Below, one piece after another: positions 25,938 through 35,456 of a DNA stretch of 64,000 nt. Numbering within the stretch: position 1 is the stretch's first letter; each line of letters starts with the position of its first letter. The DNA lies in the NCBI GenBank assembly GCA_040882865.1, contig JBBEAN010000015.1:107402-171401 (forward strand). The letters are read 5' to 3'. Origin of the DNA: Gammaproteobacteria bacterium (GTDB lineage Bacteria; Pseudomonadota; Gammaproteobacteria; Natronospirales; JAIVGZ01). A program made the position numbers and the translations under genes. The notes under the pieces were generated by a model. The model was not told the DNA's origin and ran no database searches. It saw only the letters and a list, made by a program, of their open reading frames with translations.

Positions 25938-28520
25938 TCAAGCGTTCGCCTTCTTGAACGACAACCCAAGATCGTGCGCATCGACCTCGACCGTGTCTCC
26001 GGGGCCGAACTCGCCCTCGAGAATCCGGTTTGCGAGAGGGTTCTCGACTTGCTGCTGGATCGCGCGCTTCAGCGGTCGCGCCCCATACACTGGGTCGAAA
26101 CCCGCCTTGCCCAGCCGGTCGAGCGCCGCATCGGTGACGATGAGCGCGATATCGCGCTCGCCGAGGCGCTGCCGTAGGAACTCGAGCTGGATGTCCGCGA
26201 TTCGCCGGATTTGCGCCTGGTCAAGCGGATGAAACACGACGATGTCGTCGACTCGGTTCAGGAACTCGGGGCGAAAGTGCTGCCCGACGATTTCGGTGAC
26301 CGCCTCTTTCATCTTCGCGTAATTGTCCTCGCCCGCCAGGTCCTGGATGACCTGTGAACCGAGGTTCGACGTCATCACCACGATGGTATTTCGAAAATCG
26401 ACCGTGCGGCCTTGACCGTCCGTGAGCCGGCCGTCATCGAGCACCTGCAGCAGTACGTTGAAGACGTCCGGGTGCGCTTTCTCGATTTCGTCGAGCAGGA
26501 TGACCGAGTATGGCCGACGTCGCACCGCCTCTGTCAGGTAGCCGCCTTCGTCGTAGCCGACGTAACCGGGCGGCGCCCCGATCAGCCGCGCGACCGAGTG
26601 CTTTTCCATGAACTCGCTCATGTCGACGCGCAGCAACGCGTCATCGGAATCGAACAGGAAGTCGGCGAGCGCCTTCGTGAGCTCCGTTTTGCCGACACCG
26701 GTGGGCCCGAGGAACATGAACGAGCCGGTCGGCCGGCGTGGATCGGACAGTCCGGCGCGTGCGCGGCGAATCGCGTTCGACACTGCGTGCACCGCCTCGG
26801 TCTGGCCGATCACGCGTTTCGCCAGCGCCTCCTCCATGCGTAACAGTTTTTCTCGCTCACCCTCGAGCATGCGCGACACGGGGATGCCGGTCCACTTCGA
26901 CACGACTTCCGCGATTTCTTCTTCGGTCACGCGGTTGCGCAACAGTTTGAGTTCAATCGTCTGCGCGTCACCGGCGCTCTGCAGTTGCTTCTCGAGCTCG
27001 GGAATCCTGCCGTACTGTAATTCCGACGCCCGGGCGAGGTCGCCACCGCGGTGCGCCGTCTCGAGTTCGAGTCGCGCGCGCTCAAGCGCCTCCTTGATGT
27101 GCGTCGTACCCTGCACCGCGGCCTTCTCGGCTTTCCAGATTTCGTCGAGGTCTGCCGCTTCGCGCTCGAGCCGCGCCAACTCTTCCTCGAGTTGCGCGAG
27201 GCGTTTCTTCGACGCGTCGTCTGCTTCCTTCTTCAGTGCCTCGCGCTCGATCTTGAGCTGGATCATCCGCCGGTCGAGCCGGTCCATCTCCTCCGGCTTC
27301 GAATCGATCTCCATGCGAATCCGACTCGCGGCCTCATCGACGAGGTCGATCGCCTTGTCGGGCAATTGCCGGTCACTGATATAACGATGCGACAGTGTCG
27401 CCGCCGCGACGATTGCGGGATCGGTGATGTCGACACCGTGGTGCACCTCGTAGCGTTCCTTCAGCCCGCGCAAGATGGCGATCGTGTCCTCGACGCTCGG
27501 CTCCGCGACCAGCACTTTCTGGAAGCGGCGTTCCAGCGCCGCATCCTTCTCGATGTACTTCCGGTATTCATCGAGCGTGGTCGCACCGATGCAGTGGAGC
27601 TCGCCGCGCGCGAGTGCGGGTTTCAGCATGTTGCCGGCATCCATCGAGCCCTCGGCCTTCCCCGCGCCGACGACGGTATGGATTTCGTCGATGAACAGGA
27701 TCACCCGGCCCTCTTGCTTTGCAAGGTCGTTCAGTACGCCCTTCAGCCGCTCCTCGAACTCCCCGCGGAATTTCGCGCCGGCGATCAACGCCCCCATGTC
27801 GAGCGATAACAGACGCTTGTCTTTCAGGCCCTCCGGCACCTCGCCGTTGATAATTCGCTGGGCAAGGCCTTCGACGATTGCGGTCTTGCCGACGCCAGGC
27901 TCGCCGATCAGCACCGGGTTGTTCTTTGTCCGGCGCTGCAGCACCTGGATGGCACGCCGGATCTCTTCGTCGCGACCGATGACGGGATCGAGCTTGCCCT
28001 GCTCTGCGCGTTCGGTGACGTCGATCGTGTATTTCTCGAGCGCCTGGCGCTGGTCCTCGGCGTTCGAGTCTTGCACCGTCTGTCCGCCACGCAGGTCTTC
28101 GATCGCCTTTTCGACCGCGCCCCGGACCGCGCCCGCGTTGGTCAGCATATCCGCGAGTGCGCCTTTCGCATCGAACGCGGCGAGCACCGCAAGTTCGGAT
28201 GAAATGAATTGGTCGCCCCGTTTTTGCGCGAGTTTGTCGCACAGGTTCAGCAACTTGCCAAGGTCTTGCGACAGGTGGAGTTCGCCCGCGTCGCCCTCGA
28301 CGGTCGGCAGGCGGTCGAGGGCCTCGCCGACCTGGGAGCGGAGCCGGTTCACGTTCACGCCCGCGGCCGCGAGCAACGGCCGCACGCTGCCACCCTGCTG
28401 GTCGAGGAGTGCGGCCATCAGATGGGTGGGCTCGATGAAGGCATGGTCGCGCCCGACTGCCAGAGATTGGGCATCGGCGAGTGCGAGTTGGAACTTGCTG
28501 GTCAGCTTATCGGGGCGCAT
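25938..28520 (-). CDS. clpB: ATP-dependent disaggregase chaperone ClpB
   Basis: 860 aa. The N-terminus [21 protein letters not shown] is collinear with E. coli ClpB. Two AAA+ modules ([16 protein letters not shown]). Confidence 0.97.
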   Translation of the reverse strand: MRPDKLTSKFQLALADAQSLAVGRDHAFIEPTHLMAALLDQQGGSVRPLLAAAGVNVNRLRSQVGEALDRLPTVEGDAGELHLSQDLGKLLNLCDKLAQKRGDQFISSELAVLAAFDAKGALADMLTNAGAVRGAVEKAIEDLRGGQTVQDSNAEDQRQALEKYTIDVTERAEQGKLDPVIGRDEEIRRAIQVLQRRTKNNPVLIGEPGVGKTAIVEGLAQRIINGEVPEGLKDKRLLSLDMGALIAGAKFRGEFEERLKGVLNDLAKQEGRVILFIDEIHTVVGAGKAEGSMDAGNMLKPALARGELHCIGATTLDEYRKYIEKDAALERRFQKVLVAEPSVEDTIAILRGLKERYEVHHGVDITDPAIVAAATLSHRYISDRQLPDKAIDLVDEAASRIRMEIDSKPEEMDRLDRRMIQLKIEREALKKEADDASKKRLAQLEEELARLEREAADLDEIWKAEKAAVQGTTHIKEALERARLELETAHRGGDLARASELQYGRIPELEKQLQSAGDAQTIELKLLRNRVTEEEIAEVVSKWTGIPVSRMLEGEREKLLRMEEALAKRVIGQTEAVHAVSNAIRRARAGLSDPRRPTGSFMFLGPTGVGKTELTKALADFLFDSDDALLRVDMSEFMEKHSVARLIGAPPGYVGYDEGGYLTEAVRRRPYSVILLDEIEKAHPDVFNVLLQVLDDGRLTDGQGRTVDFRNTIVVMTSNLGSQVIQDLAGEDNYAKMKEAVTEIVGQHFRPEFLNRVDDIVVFHPLDQAQIRRIADIQLEFLRQRLGERDIALIVTDAALDRLGKAGFDPVYGARPLKRAIQQQVENPLANRILEGEFGPGDTVEVDAHDLGLSFKKANA

Positions 28521-28526
28521 CCCCTC

Positions 28527-28556
28527 TAAATGGGGGCACGCATCGGCCTTTCAAGG
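28527..28556 (-). promoter_or_regulatory. sigma-32 (RpoH) heat-shock-type promoter of clpB
   Basis: Minus strand reads CCTTGAA-N14-CCCCATTTA, then GAGGGG, then ATG. This matches the classical CTTGAA-(13-17)-CCCCATtTa consensus. Confidence 0.55.
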
Positions 28557-28604
28557 CGCCGCTCCTACAGTGACCGGCCAGCGGAGCGGACGGACGCTCG
28601 GTGG

Positions 28605-29384
28605 TTAATGCAGGAAGGTGTGACCGAGATAAATGACGATAATGCCCGACACGATCAGGACGACTTGCGCAGCGGAGGTCCCCGCGTCGGCCTTCCGGTG
28701 CATCGCGGGCATCAGGTCGGCAATGGCGACGTAGATGAAGCTCGAAGCCGCCACCGCGAGTACGTAGGGCAACGCGGCTTCGGCGCGCGCGAGCGCGAAA
28801 TACCCAAGCAGGCCCCCGCCGACCGTGGCGAGGCTCGCGAGCACGTTGAATCCGAACGCGGCCCCGCGGCTATAGCCGCTGTGCAGGAGGATCGCGAGGT
28901 CCCCGATCTCCTGAGGAATCTCATGCGCGACCACGGCGAGCGCAGTGACCACACCGAGGTGAAAATCAACCAGGAACGCCGCGGCGATGAGCACCCCATC
29001 GAGGAAGTTGTGCATCCCATCGCCGACGAGCACGAGCACGCCGGCGGCATGGTCGCGCTGGTGGTCCGCGATCGCATGCGCGTCGCAACCCTCGTGGTGG
29101 CAATGCCGCCACAACAGCACTTTTTCGAGCACGAAAAAGCCCACCAGTCCACCGAGCACCGCGATACCGATCGTGTGGAAGTCGACGGCAAGCGGGTGAC
29201 TGAGTGCGTGCGGAAGGAGTGCGAGGAACGCGGCGCCGAGTAGAGCCCCGGTTGCAAAACTGACGAAATGAGGCAGCAGCCTGTTGCGCCGTGGTTCCGG
29301 CACCACCAGGAACACGCCGGCCGCCGCCGCGGACACGACGCCGCCCATCAAACAGAAAAGCAGAATCCAGGTCAGTTGCGCCAT
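28605..29384 (-). CDS. ZIP-family divalent metal (zinc) transporter
   Basis: 259 aa with a His-rich loop ([19 protein letters not shown]) plus HNFLDG and HEIPQEIGD motifs. Confidence 0.85.
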   Translation of the reverse strand: MAQLTWILLFCLMGGVVSAAAAGVFLVVPEPRRNRLLPHFVSFATGALLGAAFLALLPHALSHPLAVDFHTIGIAVLGGLVGFFVLEKVLLWRHCHHEGCDAHAIADHQRDHAAGVLVLVGDGMHNFLDGVLIAAAFLVDFHLGVVTALAVVAHEIPQEIGDLAILLHSGYSRGAAFGFNVLASLATVGGGLLGYFALARAEAALPYVLAVAASSFIYVAIADLMPAMHRKADAGTSAAQVVLIVSGIIVIYLGHTFLH

Positions 29385-29995
29385 ATCAGGGAAGCCATTC
29401 TGCCGTTTTCACGCGCGCGGCGATAGGAATAGAACAACGCGGGCTCCGCCACGGTGCACAGGCCCGCGCCGAACACCTCATCCACGCCCACGCGCGCGAG
29501 CCGCTGCCGCGCGAGCAGCGAAAGATCCGCGTACCACCGGTCGTCGCGCCCACGGCGGAAGGCGGCTGCCGCGCGCGTGTCCACGTCGACGAACGCCTGC
29601 CGGACTTCCGGTCCGACTTCGAAGGCCGACTGGCTGATGTGCGCGCCGAACCAAGCGATGATCGCACCTGGCTTGCGCGACATCGCCGCGACGGTCGCTT
29701 CCAGCACGCCTGCGGCGAGGCCTCGCCAACCGGCATGCGCCGCGCCGACCACGCTGCCATCGCGCGCGCACAGTAATACAGGGACGCAGTCCGCGGTCCG
29801 CACCGCTAATACAACGCCGCGCTCGGTCGTGACCGCGGCGTCCGCGATCAGGCCTGCTTGACCCGCGACGGGCGCCACGACCGTCACACCGTGCACCTGC
29901 TCGAGCCAGCACGGTTCAGACGGCAGCGCCGGGCACGCGCCATCCCGTGTCGTCTGCAACGCGTGCACACCCGGCGGCGCCGGCCACGCCGCCAT
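29372..29995 (-). CDS. pgeF: YfiH/PgeF family (laccase-domain, purine nucleoside phosphorylase) protein, short form
   Basis: WLEQVHG, TADCVPVLL, HAGWRGL and GRMASLIW motifs. ATG 29995 or GTG 29998 lies just after the rluD stop. The longer 30439 ORF is an out-of-frame overlap with rluD. Confidence 0.8.
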   Translation of the reverse strand: MAAWPAPPGVHALQTTRDGACPALPSEPCWLEQVHGVTVVAPVAGQAGLIADAAVTTERGVVLAVRTADCVPVLLCARDGSVVGAAHAGWRGLAAGVLEATVAAMSRKPGAIIAWFGAHISQSAFEVGPEVRQAFVDVDTRAAAAFRRGRDDRWYADLSLLARQRLARVGVDEVFGAGLCTVAEPALFYSYRRARENGRMASLIWRN

Positions 29996-30002
29996 CACTG
30001 CC

Positions 30003-30953
30003 TCACGCGACGGCATCGGCACGCAAGCTGGCCAACAGTTGCTCGAAGTCGCTGGGCAACGGCGCGGTGAATTCTGCTTCTTCTCCGTGTACGGGGTGCG
30101 GGAAAGCCAGCCGAGCCGCGTGCAATGCCTGCCGCTTGAAGCCCTGTAGCGCGGTGACGAGCTCGGCGGACGGCGCTTTCGGCAAACGCTGGCGCCGTCC
30201 GTACGTCGGGTCGCCGACAATGGGGTACCGAAGGTGCGCGAGGTGCACGCGAATCTGGTGGGTACGCCCGGTCTCGAGTTGGACCGCGAGTAACGCGTGT
30301 GCGCGGAAGCGCTCCATGACGCGAAAGTGCGTGATTGCCGCACGGCCACCCGACTGCACGGCCATCCGCGTCCGGTCCGCCGGGTGTCGGCCGATCGGCT
30401 CATCCACGGTGCCACCTGCCGTCGGAACGCCGCTGACAATCGCGCGATATTCGCGGCCGATACGCCGCGCCTGCATGAACTCCACGAGTTTCGTATGCGC
30501 GGCGAGCGACCGGGCGACGACGAGCAAACCCGACGTATCCTTGTCCAGGCGGTGCACGAGACCCGCGCGCGGCAGTTGGATCAGTTCCGGGAAGCGGTGC
30601 AGCAATGCGTTGACCAGCGTGCCGCTGCGATTCCCGGCGCCCGGGTGGACCACCAGCCCGGCTGGCTTGTCCAACACGATGATCGCGTCATCTTCGAAGA
30701 CCACGGCGAGTGGGATGTCTTCGGGCTCATCGTCGCTGGCGGCGCCGACCGATGCATTCAGGATGACCTTCGCCCCCGGCGCGAGCGCATCGCGCGGCCT
30801 CAGGACGAGGCCATCAACCGTCACCGCGCCGATTCGGATCCATTGCTGGATACGCGCACGGGAAAAATCCGGCCATAGGGCCGCCAGCGCCTGGTCCGCG
30901 CGACGGCCACCGTGTTCGGCGGGAACCAACAGCTCCCGATGGATGTCTGTCAC
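30003..30953 (-). CDS. rluD: 23S rRNA pseudouridine synthase RluD
   Basis: 316 aa, GTG start with GGGAG 8 nt upstream. VHRLDKDTSGLLVVA and HQIRVH motifs; S4 domain at the N-terminus. Confidence 0.92.
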   Translation of the reverse strand: MTDIHRELLVPAEHGGRRADQALAALWPDFSRARIQQWIRIGAVTVDGLVLRPRDALAPGAKVILNASVGAASDDEPEDIPLAVVFEDDAIIVLDKPAGLVVHPGAGNRSGTLVNALLHRFPELIQLPRAGLVHRLDKDTSGLLVVARSLAAHTKLVEFMQARRIGREYRAIVSGVPTAGGTVDEPIGRHPADRTRMAVQSGGRAAITHFRVMERFRAHALLAVQLETGRTHQIRVHLAHLRYPIVGDPTYGRRQRLPKAPSAELVTALQGFKRQALHAARLAFPHPVHGEEAEFTAPLPSDFEQLLASLRADAVA

Positions 30954-30980
30954 TCACCACTCCCTGTTAGAATGCACACC

Positions 30981-31742
30981 ATGTTCCGACGCATCATTTA
31001 CCTGTTTCTCCTCGCCGCCGTTATGGCCAGCCTCTCAGCGTGCGCAGGCCGGGACCGCGACGAACCCCGGGGCGAAACCGCCGCTGAGCTCTACGACTAC
31101 GCGCATCGACAGATGGTGGCCCGCGACTATACGGGCGCCGTCGAGGCATTCCAACGCATCGAATCGCGGTTTCCGTTCAGCATCGAAGCCCAGCAAGCGC
31201 AGCTCGAGTTGATTTATGCGCATTATAAGTCCGGCAACCATGAGCAGGCCGAAGCGGCGTCCGACCGCTTCCTGCGGGAGCAGCCGCGACATCCAGAAAT
31301 CGACTATGTTCACTATGTGCGTGGACTCATCAACTTCGACCGAAGCCTGAACTTGATCGACGTCACATTCCGCGCCGATTCGTCGAAACGGGACCCGACG
31401 CTTGCACGGCAGTCGTTCCAGAGTTTCGCGACGCTCGTCGCGAATTATCCGGAGAGCCGCTACGCACCCGACGCGCAGCAACGGATGGTGCACCTGCGCA
31501 ACCAACTTGCGCGACACGAAATTCACGTCGCCGACTATTATATGCGCCTCGGCGCGTGGGCCGGCGCGGTCGGCCGCGCGAAGACAGTGATTGAAGAATA
31601 CGAGGGTACACCGAGCACGGTCGACGCACTGATCATCCTGCACAATGCGTATCGTCGGCTGGCGTTGCATGAACTTGCGGACGATGTGGCACGCGTCGTC
31701 GCCGCGACCCACCCCGACGCGACGACCCGCCTCGCCGACTAA
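30981..31742 (+). CDS. bamD: outer membrane protein assembly factor BamD
   Basis: MFRRIIYLFLLAAVMASLSAC lipobox. TPR-like body collinear with E. coli BamD (QLELIYAHYK, IDYVHYVRGL). ATG 30972 is an alternative start. Confidence 0.9.
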   Translation: MFRRIIYLFLLAAVMASLSACAGRDRDEPRGETAAELYDYAHRQMVARDYTGAVEAFQRIESRFPFSIEAQQAQLELIYAHYKSGNHEQAEAASDRFLREQPRHPEIDYVHYVRGLINFDRSLNLIDVTFRADSSKRDPTLARQSFQSFATLVANYPESRYAPDAQQRMVHLRNQLARHEIHVADYYMRLGAWAGAVGRAKTVIEEYEGTPSTVDALIILHNAYRRLALHELADDVARVVAATHPDATTRLAD

Positions 31743-33358
31743 CTGCTACGGTAGCCCGACGTGATCGGGTAGCGGCGGTCTCGCCCGAACGCGCGACCCG
31801 TGATGCGGATGCCGGGCGCTGCCTGGCGCCGCTTGTATTCGCTGCCCTTGATCATTTCGACCACCTTCCGCACGGTCGCTGCGTCGTGTCCGTCCGCGAT
31901 GAGTTGGCGCGAAGTGTGGCCATGCTCGATGTAGTCGACAATAATCGCGTCGAGCACGTCATACGGCGGCAGACTGTCTTGATCGACTTGATCGGGCGCA
32001 AGCTCCGCGCTCGGCGCCCGCGCGATGATGCGCGCGGGAATCACGGGCTCGCGGCTGTTCCGCCAGTTGGCGAGTTCGTAGACCGTCGTCTTCGTCAAGT
32101 CCTTCAGCGGGGCGAGCCCGCCTGCCATGTCGCCATACAGCGTCGCATAGCCGACCGCGAACTCACTTTTGTTACCCGTCGCAAGGACCAGCCAGCCGAA
32201 TTTATTCGAGAGCCCCATCAACAGCACGCCTCGCGCGCGCGCCTGCAGATTCTGCTCGGCGATGCCGATCGGTCGGTCGCCGAACGACGGGGCGAGCGCG
32301 TCGAGCAGCGACTGATAGACCGGCTCGATGGAAATCTCGCGGTGGTCGACGCCAAGTGTGCGCGCGAGTTCGTCGGCGTCGGAACGGCTCATTTGTGTCG
32401 TGTGGCGCGAAGGCATCATCACCGTGTGCACTCGATCGGAACCGAGCGCATCGGCCGCGAGCACCACGCCTAGCGCCGAGTCCATGCCACCGGAAAGACC
32501 AATCACCACGCCGCCGAAACCGTTCTTCTCTACGTAATCGCGCAGGCCCAACGACAGCGCGCCCCAGATGCTCGCTTCGCGCCCCGCCTCACTGTGGATC
32601 TCACCACCTTGCACGGAGACACCGTCGTCGGTGCGCGTGAACTCGACTGAGAACAGCGCCTCCTCAAACGCGCGCGCACGGGCGACGAGCGAACCATCGG
32701 CCGCGACGACGAGCGAGCCGCCATCGAACACGAGGTCGTCCTGCCCGCCGACGAGCTGCACGCTGAGCACCGAAACACCGGTTTCGCGTGCGCGACGCCC
32801 GAACACCTCGCGCTCGCGCACGGCTTCTCGGCCGACCTGGAATGGGGACGCCGACAAGTTCAACAGCACGTCGGCCCCTGCGGCGCGCGCTGCAGCCGCC
32901 GGCTCGGGCAGCCACAGGTCTTCGCAAATCGTGATTCCGAAACGGACGCCGTCGAGCGTCGCGACGCAAGTCTGGTCGCCCGCCGTGAAATAGCGCTTTT
33001 CGTCGAACACCGCGTAGTTCGGCAAGCACTGCTTGCGGTAACGCACAAGGGTCGCGCCGTCGTCGATCAATGCGGCGCTGTTGAAACAGCGCGCACCGTC
33101 CCACTCCGGAAAACCGATCAACACAGCGATGCCGGTGACCTGCCCGGGCAACGACCGCAGCGCCGCTTCGACCTGCGCACGCAGGCCAGCATGCAATAAC
33201 AGGTCCTCCGGCGGATACCCGGTCAGCGTCAGTTCGGGGAATACGATGAGCCGCGCGCCAAACTCATCGCGCGCACGTGCCGCGGCCTCGACCACTCGCG
33301 ACACGTTGCCGGCAACGTCGCCGACCAGTAGGTTGAGTTGGGCGAGCGCGACGCGCAT
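31739..33358 (-). CDS. nadE: glutamine-dependent NAD+ synthetase
   Basis: 539 aa. N-terminal CN-hydrolase domain (FPELTLTGY, ICEDLW) plus a C-terminal synthetase domain (GLSGGMDS). Confidence 0.92.
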   Translation of the reverse strand: MRVALAQLNLLVGDVAGNVSRVVEAAARARDEFGARLIVFPELTLTGYPPEDLLLHAGLRAQVEAALRSLPGQVTGIAVLIGFPEWDGARCFNSAALIDDGATLVRYRKQCLPNYAVFDEKRYFTAGDQTCVATLDGVRFGITICEDLWLPEPAAAARAAGADVLLNLSASPFQVGREAVREREVFGRRARETGVSVLSVQLVGGQDDLVFDGGSLVVAADGSLVARARAFEEALFSVEFTRTDDGVSVQGGEIHSEAGREASIWGALSLGLRDYVEKNGFGGVVIGLSGGMDSALGVVLAADALGSDRVHTVMMPSRHTTQMSRSDADELARTLGVDHREISIEPVYQSLLDALAPSFGDRPIGIAEQNLQARARGVLLMGLSNKFGWLVLATGNKSEFAVGYATLYGDMAGGLAPLKDLTKTTVYELANWRNSREPVIPARIIARAPSAELAPDQVDQDSLPPYDVLDAIIVDYIEHGHTSRQLIADGHDAATVRKVVEMIKGSEYKRRQAAPGIRITGRAFGRDRRYPITSGYRSS

Positions 33359-33375
33359 TCAGGCCGTCGCGCCGT

Positions 33376-34245
33376 TCAACCGAGCGCCTTCAGCATCGCG
33401 ACGCCCATCTCCGCGGGAGAGCGGACCGTCGACACGCCGGCGGCTTCGAGCGCGGCGAATTTTTCAGCGGCCGTTCCTTTGCCACCCGAGATGATCGCAC
33501 CCGCATGGCCCATCCGCTTGCCCGGCGGCGCCGTGACGCCCGCGATGTACGCGACGACGGGTTTCGTGACGTCGCTCTTGATGAATTCCGCTGCCGCCTC
33601 TTCATCGGTACCACCGATCTCGCCGACCATGATGATGCCGGCGGTCGCCGGGTCGCCGTTGAACATGCGCAGCACGTCGATGAACCCGGTTCCGCGCACC
33701 GGGTCACCGCCGATGCCGACACACGTCGACTGACCGAGCCCGTTGTTCGTCGTCTGGAACACCGCCTCATAGGTCAACGTCCCGGAGCGCGAGACGATGC
33801 CGACCCGGCCAGGCTTGTGAATCTGGCCCGGCATGATGCCGATCTTGCACTCGCCCGGCGTGATGACGCCGGGGCAGTTCGGGCCGACGACGCGCGTGTC
33901 GGTCCCGCGCAGCGCCGCTTTCACGCGGACCATGTCCAGAACCGGAATGCCTTCAGTGATGCACACCACGAGCGCAATGCCCGCATCGGCGGCCTCGAGG
34001 ATTGCATCGGCCGCATATGGCGCCGGGACATAGATGACGCTCGCGTCGGCGCGCGTCTCGCGGACGGCGTCGCGCACGGTGTCGAATACCGGCAAGCCGA
34101 GATGGGTCTCTCCGCCACGACCTGGCGTCACACCACCGACCATGCGCGTGCCATACGCAAGTGCTTGCTCGGAGTGGAACGTGCCCTGTTTGCCGGTGAA
34201 GCCCTGGCAAATCACGCGCGTCTTTTTGCCGATCAGGATGCTCAT
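33376..34245 (-). CDS. sucD: succinyl-CoA ligase subunit alpha
   Basis: Start at [24 protein letters not shown] (34245), in an ATGA overlap with sucC. The upstream part of the 34632 ORF is an in-frame read-through of the sucC region. Confidence 0.95.
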   Translation of the reverse strand: MSILIGKKTRVICQGFTGKQGTFHSEQALAYGTRMVGGVTPGRGGETHLGLPVFDTVRDAVRETRADASVIYVPAPYAADAILEAADAGIALVVCITEGIPVLDMVRVKAALRGTDTRVVGPNCPGVITPGECKIGIMPGQIHKPGRVGIVSRSGTLTYEAVFQTTNNGLGQSTCVGIGGDPVRGTGFIDVLRMFNGDPATAGIIMVGEIGGTDEEAAAEFIKSDVTKPVVAYIAGVTAPPGKRMGHAGAIISGGKGTAAEKFAALEAAGVSTVRSPAEMGVAMLKALG

Positions 34246-35411
34246 CGTGCACCTCCGGCGGCAGCGACCGCTTTCTTCGCAGCGTCTGTCAGGTCGTCGG
34301 CCGGAATGATGTCGAAGCTGCTGTCCGCGAGCAGCTGCCTGCCTTGTTCGACATTCGTGCCCTCGAGCCGCACCACCACAGGAATCGACACGCCAATTTC
34401 CTCGACGGCGGCAATGATGCCTTCGGCAATCATGTCGCACCGCACGATGCCGCCGAAGATGTTGATCAGGATGGCGCGTACGCCGCTGTTCGACAGGATG
34501 AGCTTGAACGCCTCGGTGACACGCTCCTTCGTCGCGCCGCCGCCGACGTCGAGGAAGTTTGCGGGGGCACCCCCGTGCAGCTTGACGATGTCCATCGTCG
34601 CCATCGCGAGCCCCGCACCGTTGACCATGCACGCGATGTTTCCGTCGAGGGTCACATAATTGAGGTCGTGTTTCGCGGCCTCGCGCTCGGCGTCGTCTTC
34701 CTGGCTCGGGTCACGGAGCTTCGCGAGTTCGCCCTGCCGATACAAGGCGTTGCCGTCGAGGTTCAATTTGCCGTCGAGCGGCATCAGACTGCCTTCGCCG
34801 GTCACGATCAACGGGTTGATTTCGATCAGCGCGCAATCGCGCTCGACGAACATCTGATAGAACGCGCCAAGCAGCGCGCCGAAATCGCCGAACTGATTCT
34901 TGTCGAGGCCGAGACCGAAGCCGAGCAGTCGCTCCTGGAAGGGTTGCAGTCCGGCAGCGGGGTCGATCTGCACGGAGAGGATTTTCTCCGGCGTCTTTTC
35001 CGCGACTTCCTCGATGTCCATGCCGCCTTCGGTCGACGCCATGATCACCACACGCTCGGCGCCGCGGTCGACGAGCAAGCTCAGGTACAACTCGCGCTTG
35101 ATGTCCGATGCAGCCTCGACGTACACGAGGTGCACAGGCAGACCTTCCGGCCCCGTCTGGTGCGTCACGAGCCGCGTGCCGAGCATCGCGCGCGTGGCGG
35201 CAGAGACCTCGTCGAGGTCCTTGCACAATTTCACGCCACCCCCTTTGCCCCGGCCGCCGGCGTGGACCTGAGCCTTCACGACCCAGCGCGTGCCGCCGAT
35301 GCTGCGCGCGGCGGCCACGGCGTCGTCGGGCGATTTCGCGGGCTGACCCTCGGGGACGGTGATGCCGTATTCGGCGAAGAGTTGCTTTGCCTGGTATTCG
35401 TGCAGGTTCAT
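34242..35411 (-). CDS. sucC: succinyl-CoA ligase subunit beta
   Basis: 389 aa with [12 protein letters not shown] at the N-terminus and an ATP-grasp domain. Confidence 0.95.
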   Translation of the reverse strand: MNLHEYQAKQLFAEYGITVPEGQPAKSPDDAVAAARSIGGTRWVVKAQVHAGGRGKGGGVKLCKDLDEVSAATRAMLGTRLVTHQTGPEGLPVHLVYVEAASDIKRELYLSLLVDRGAERVVIMASTEGGMDIEEVAEKTPEKILSVQIDPAAGLQPFQERLLGFGLGLDKNQFGDFGALLGAFYQMFVERDCALIEINPLIVTGEGSLMPLDGKLNLDGNALYRQGELAKLRDPSQEDDAEREAAKHDLNYVTLDGNIACMVNGAGLAMATMDIVKLHGGAPANFLDVGGGATKERVTEAFKLILSNSGVRAILINIFGGIVRCDMIAEGIIAAVEEIGVSIPVVVRLEGTNVEQGRQLLADSSFDIIPADDLTDAAKKAVAAAGGAR

Positions 35412-35456
35412 GGCGTATCCGGGTGAGCGAAAGCTCCGTATTGTACATTACCCGCC

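Noticed and set aside
29947-31212. 421-aa plus-strand ORF spanning rluD (antisense) and the start of bamD (out of frame)
   Set aside because: It crosses a divergent intergenic region and two well-supported genes. Ser/Arg/Ala-rich artefact.
34246-34632. Upstream in-frame extensions of several ORFs in the track (sucD to 34632, coaE to 42054, ftsA to 53008, ftsQ to 54044, murG to 57227, murD to 59661, pgeF to 30439)
   Set aside because: In each case the extension overlaps the preceding well-supported gene, is Arg-rich, and an internal ATG or GTG gives the conserved N-terminus, usually in an ATGA-type junction.
35412-35456. 45-bp divergent sucC/pilS intergenic region as a special regulatory element
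   Set aside because: No repeats or palindromes are visible. There is only a weak TACATT hexamer 7 nt before the pilS ATG, already mentioned under the leaderless-geometry observation.
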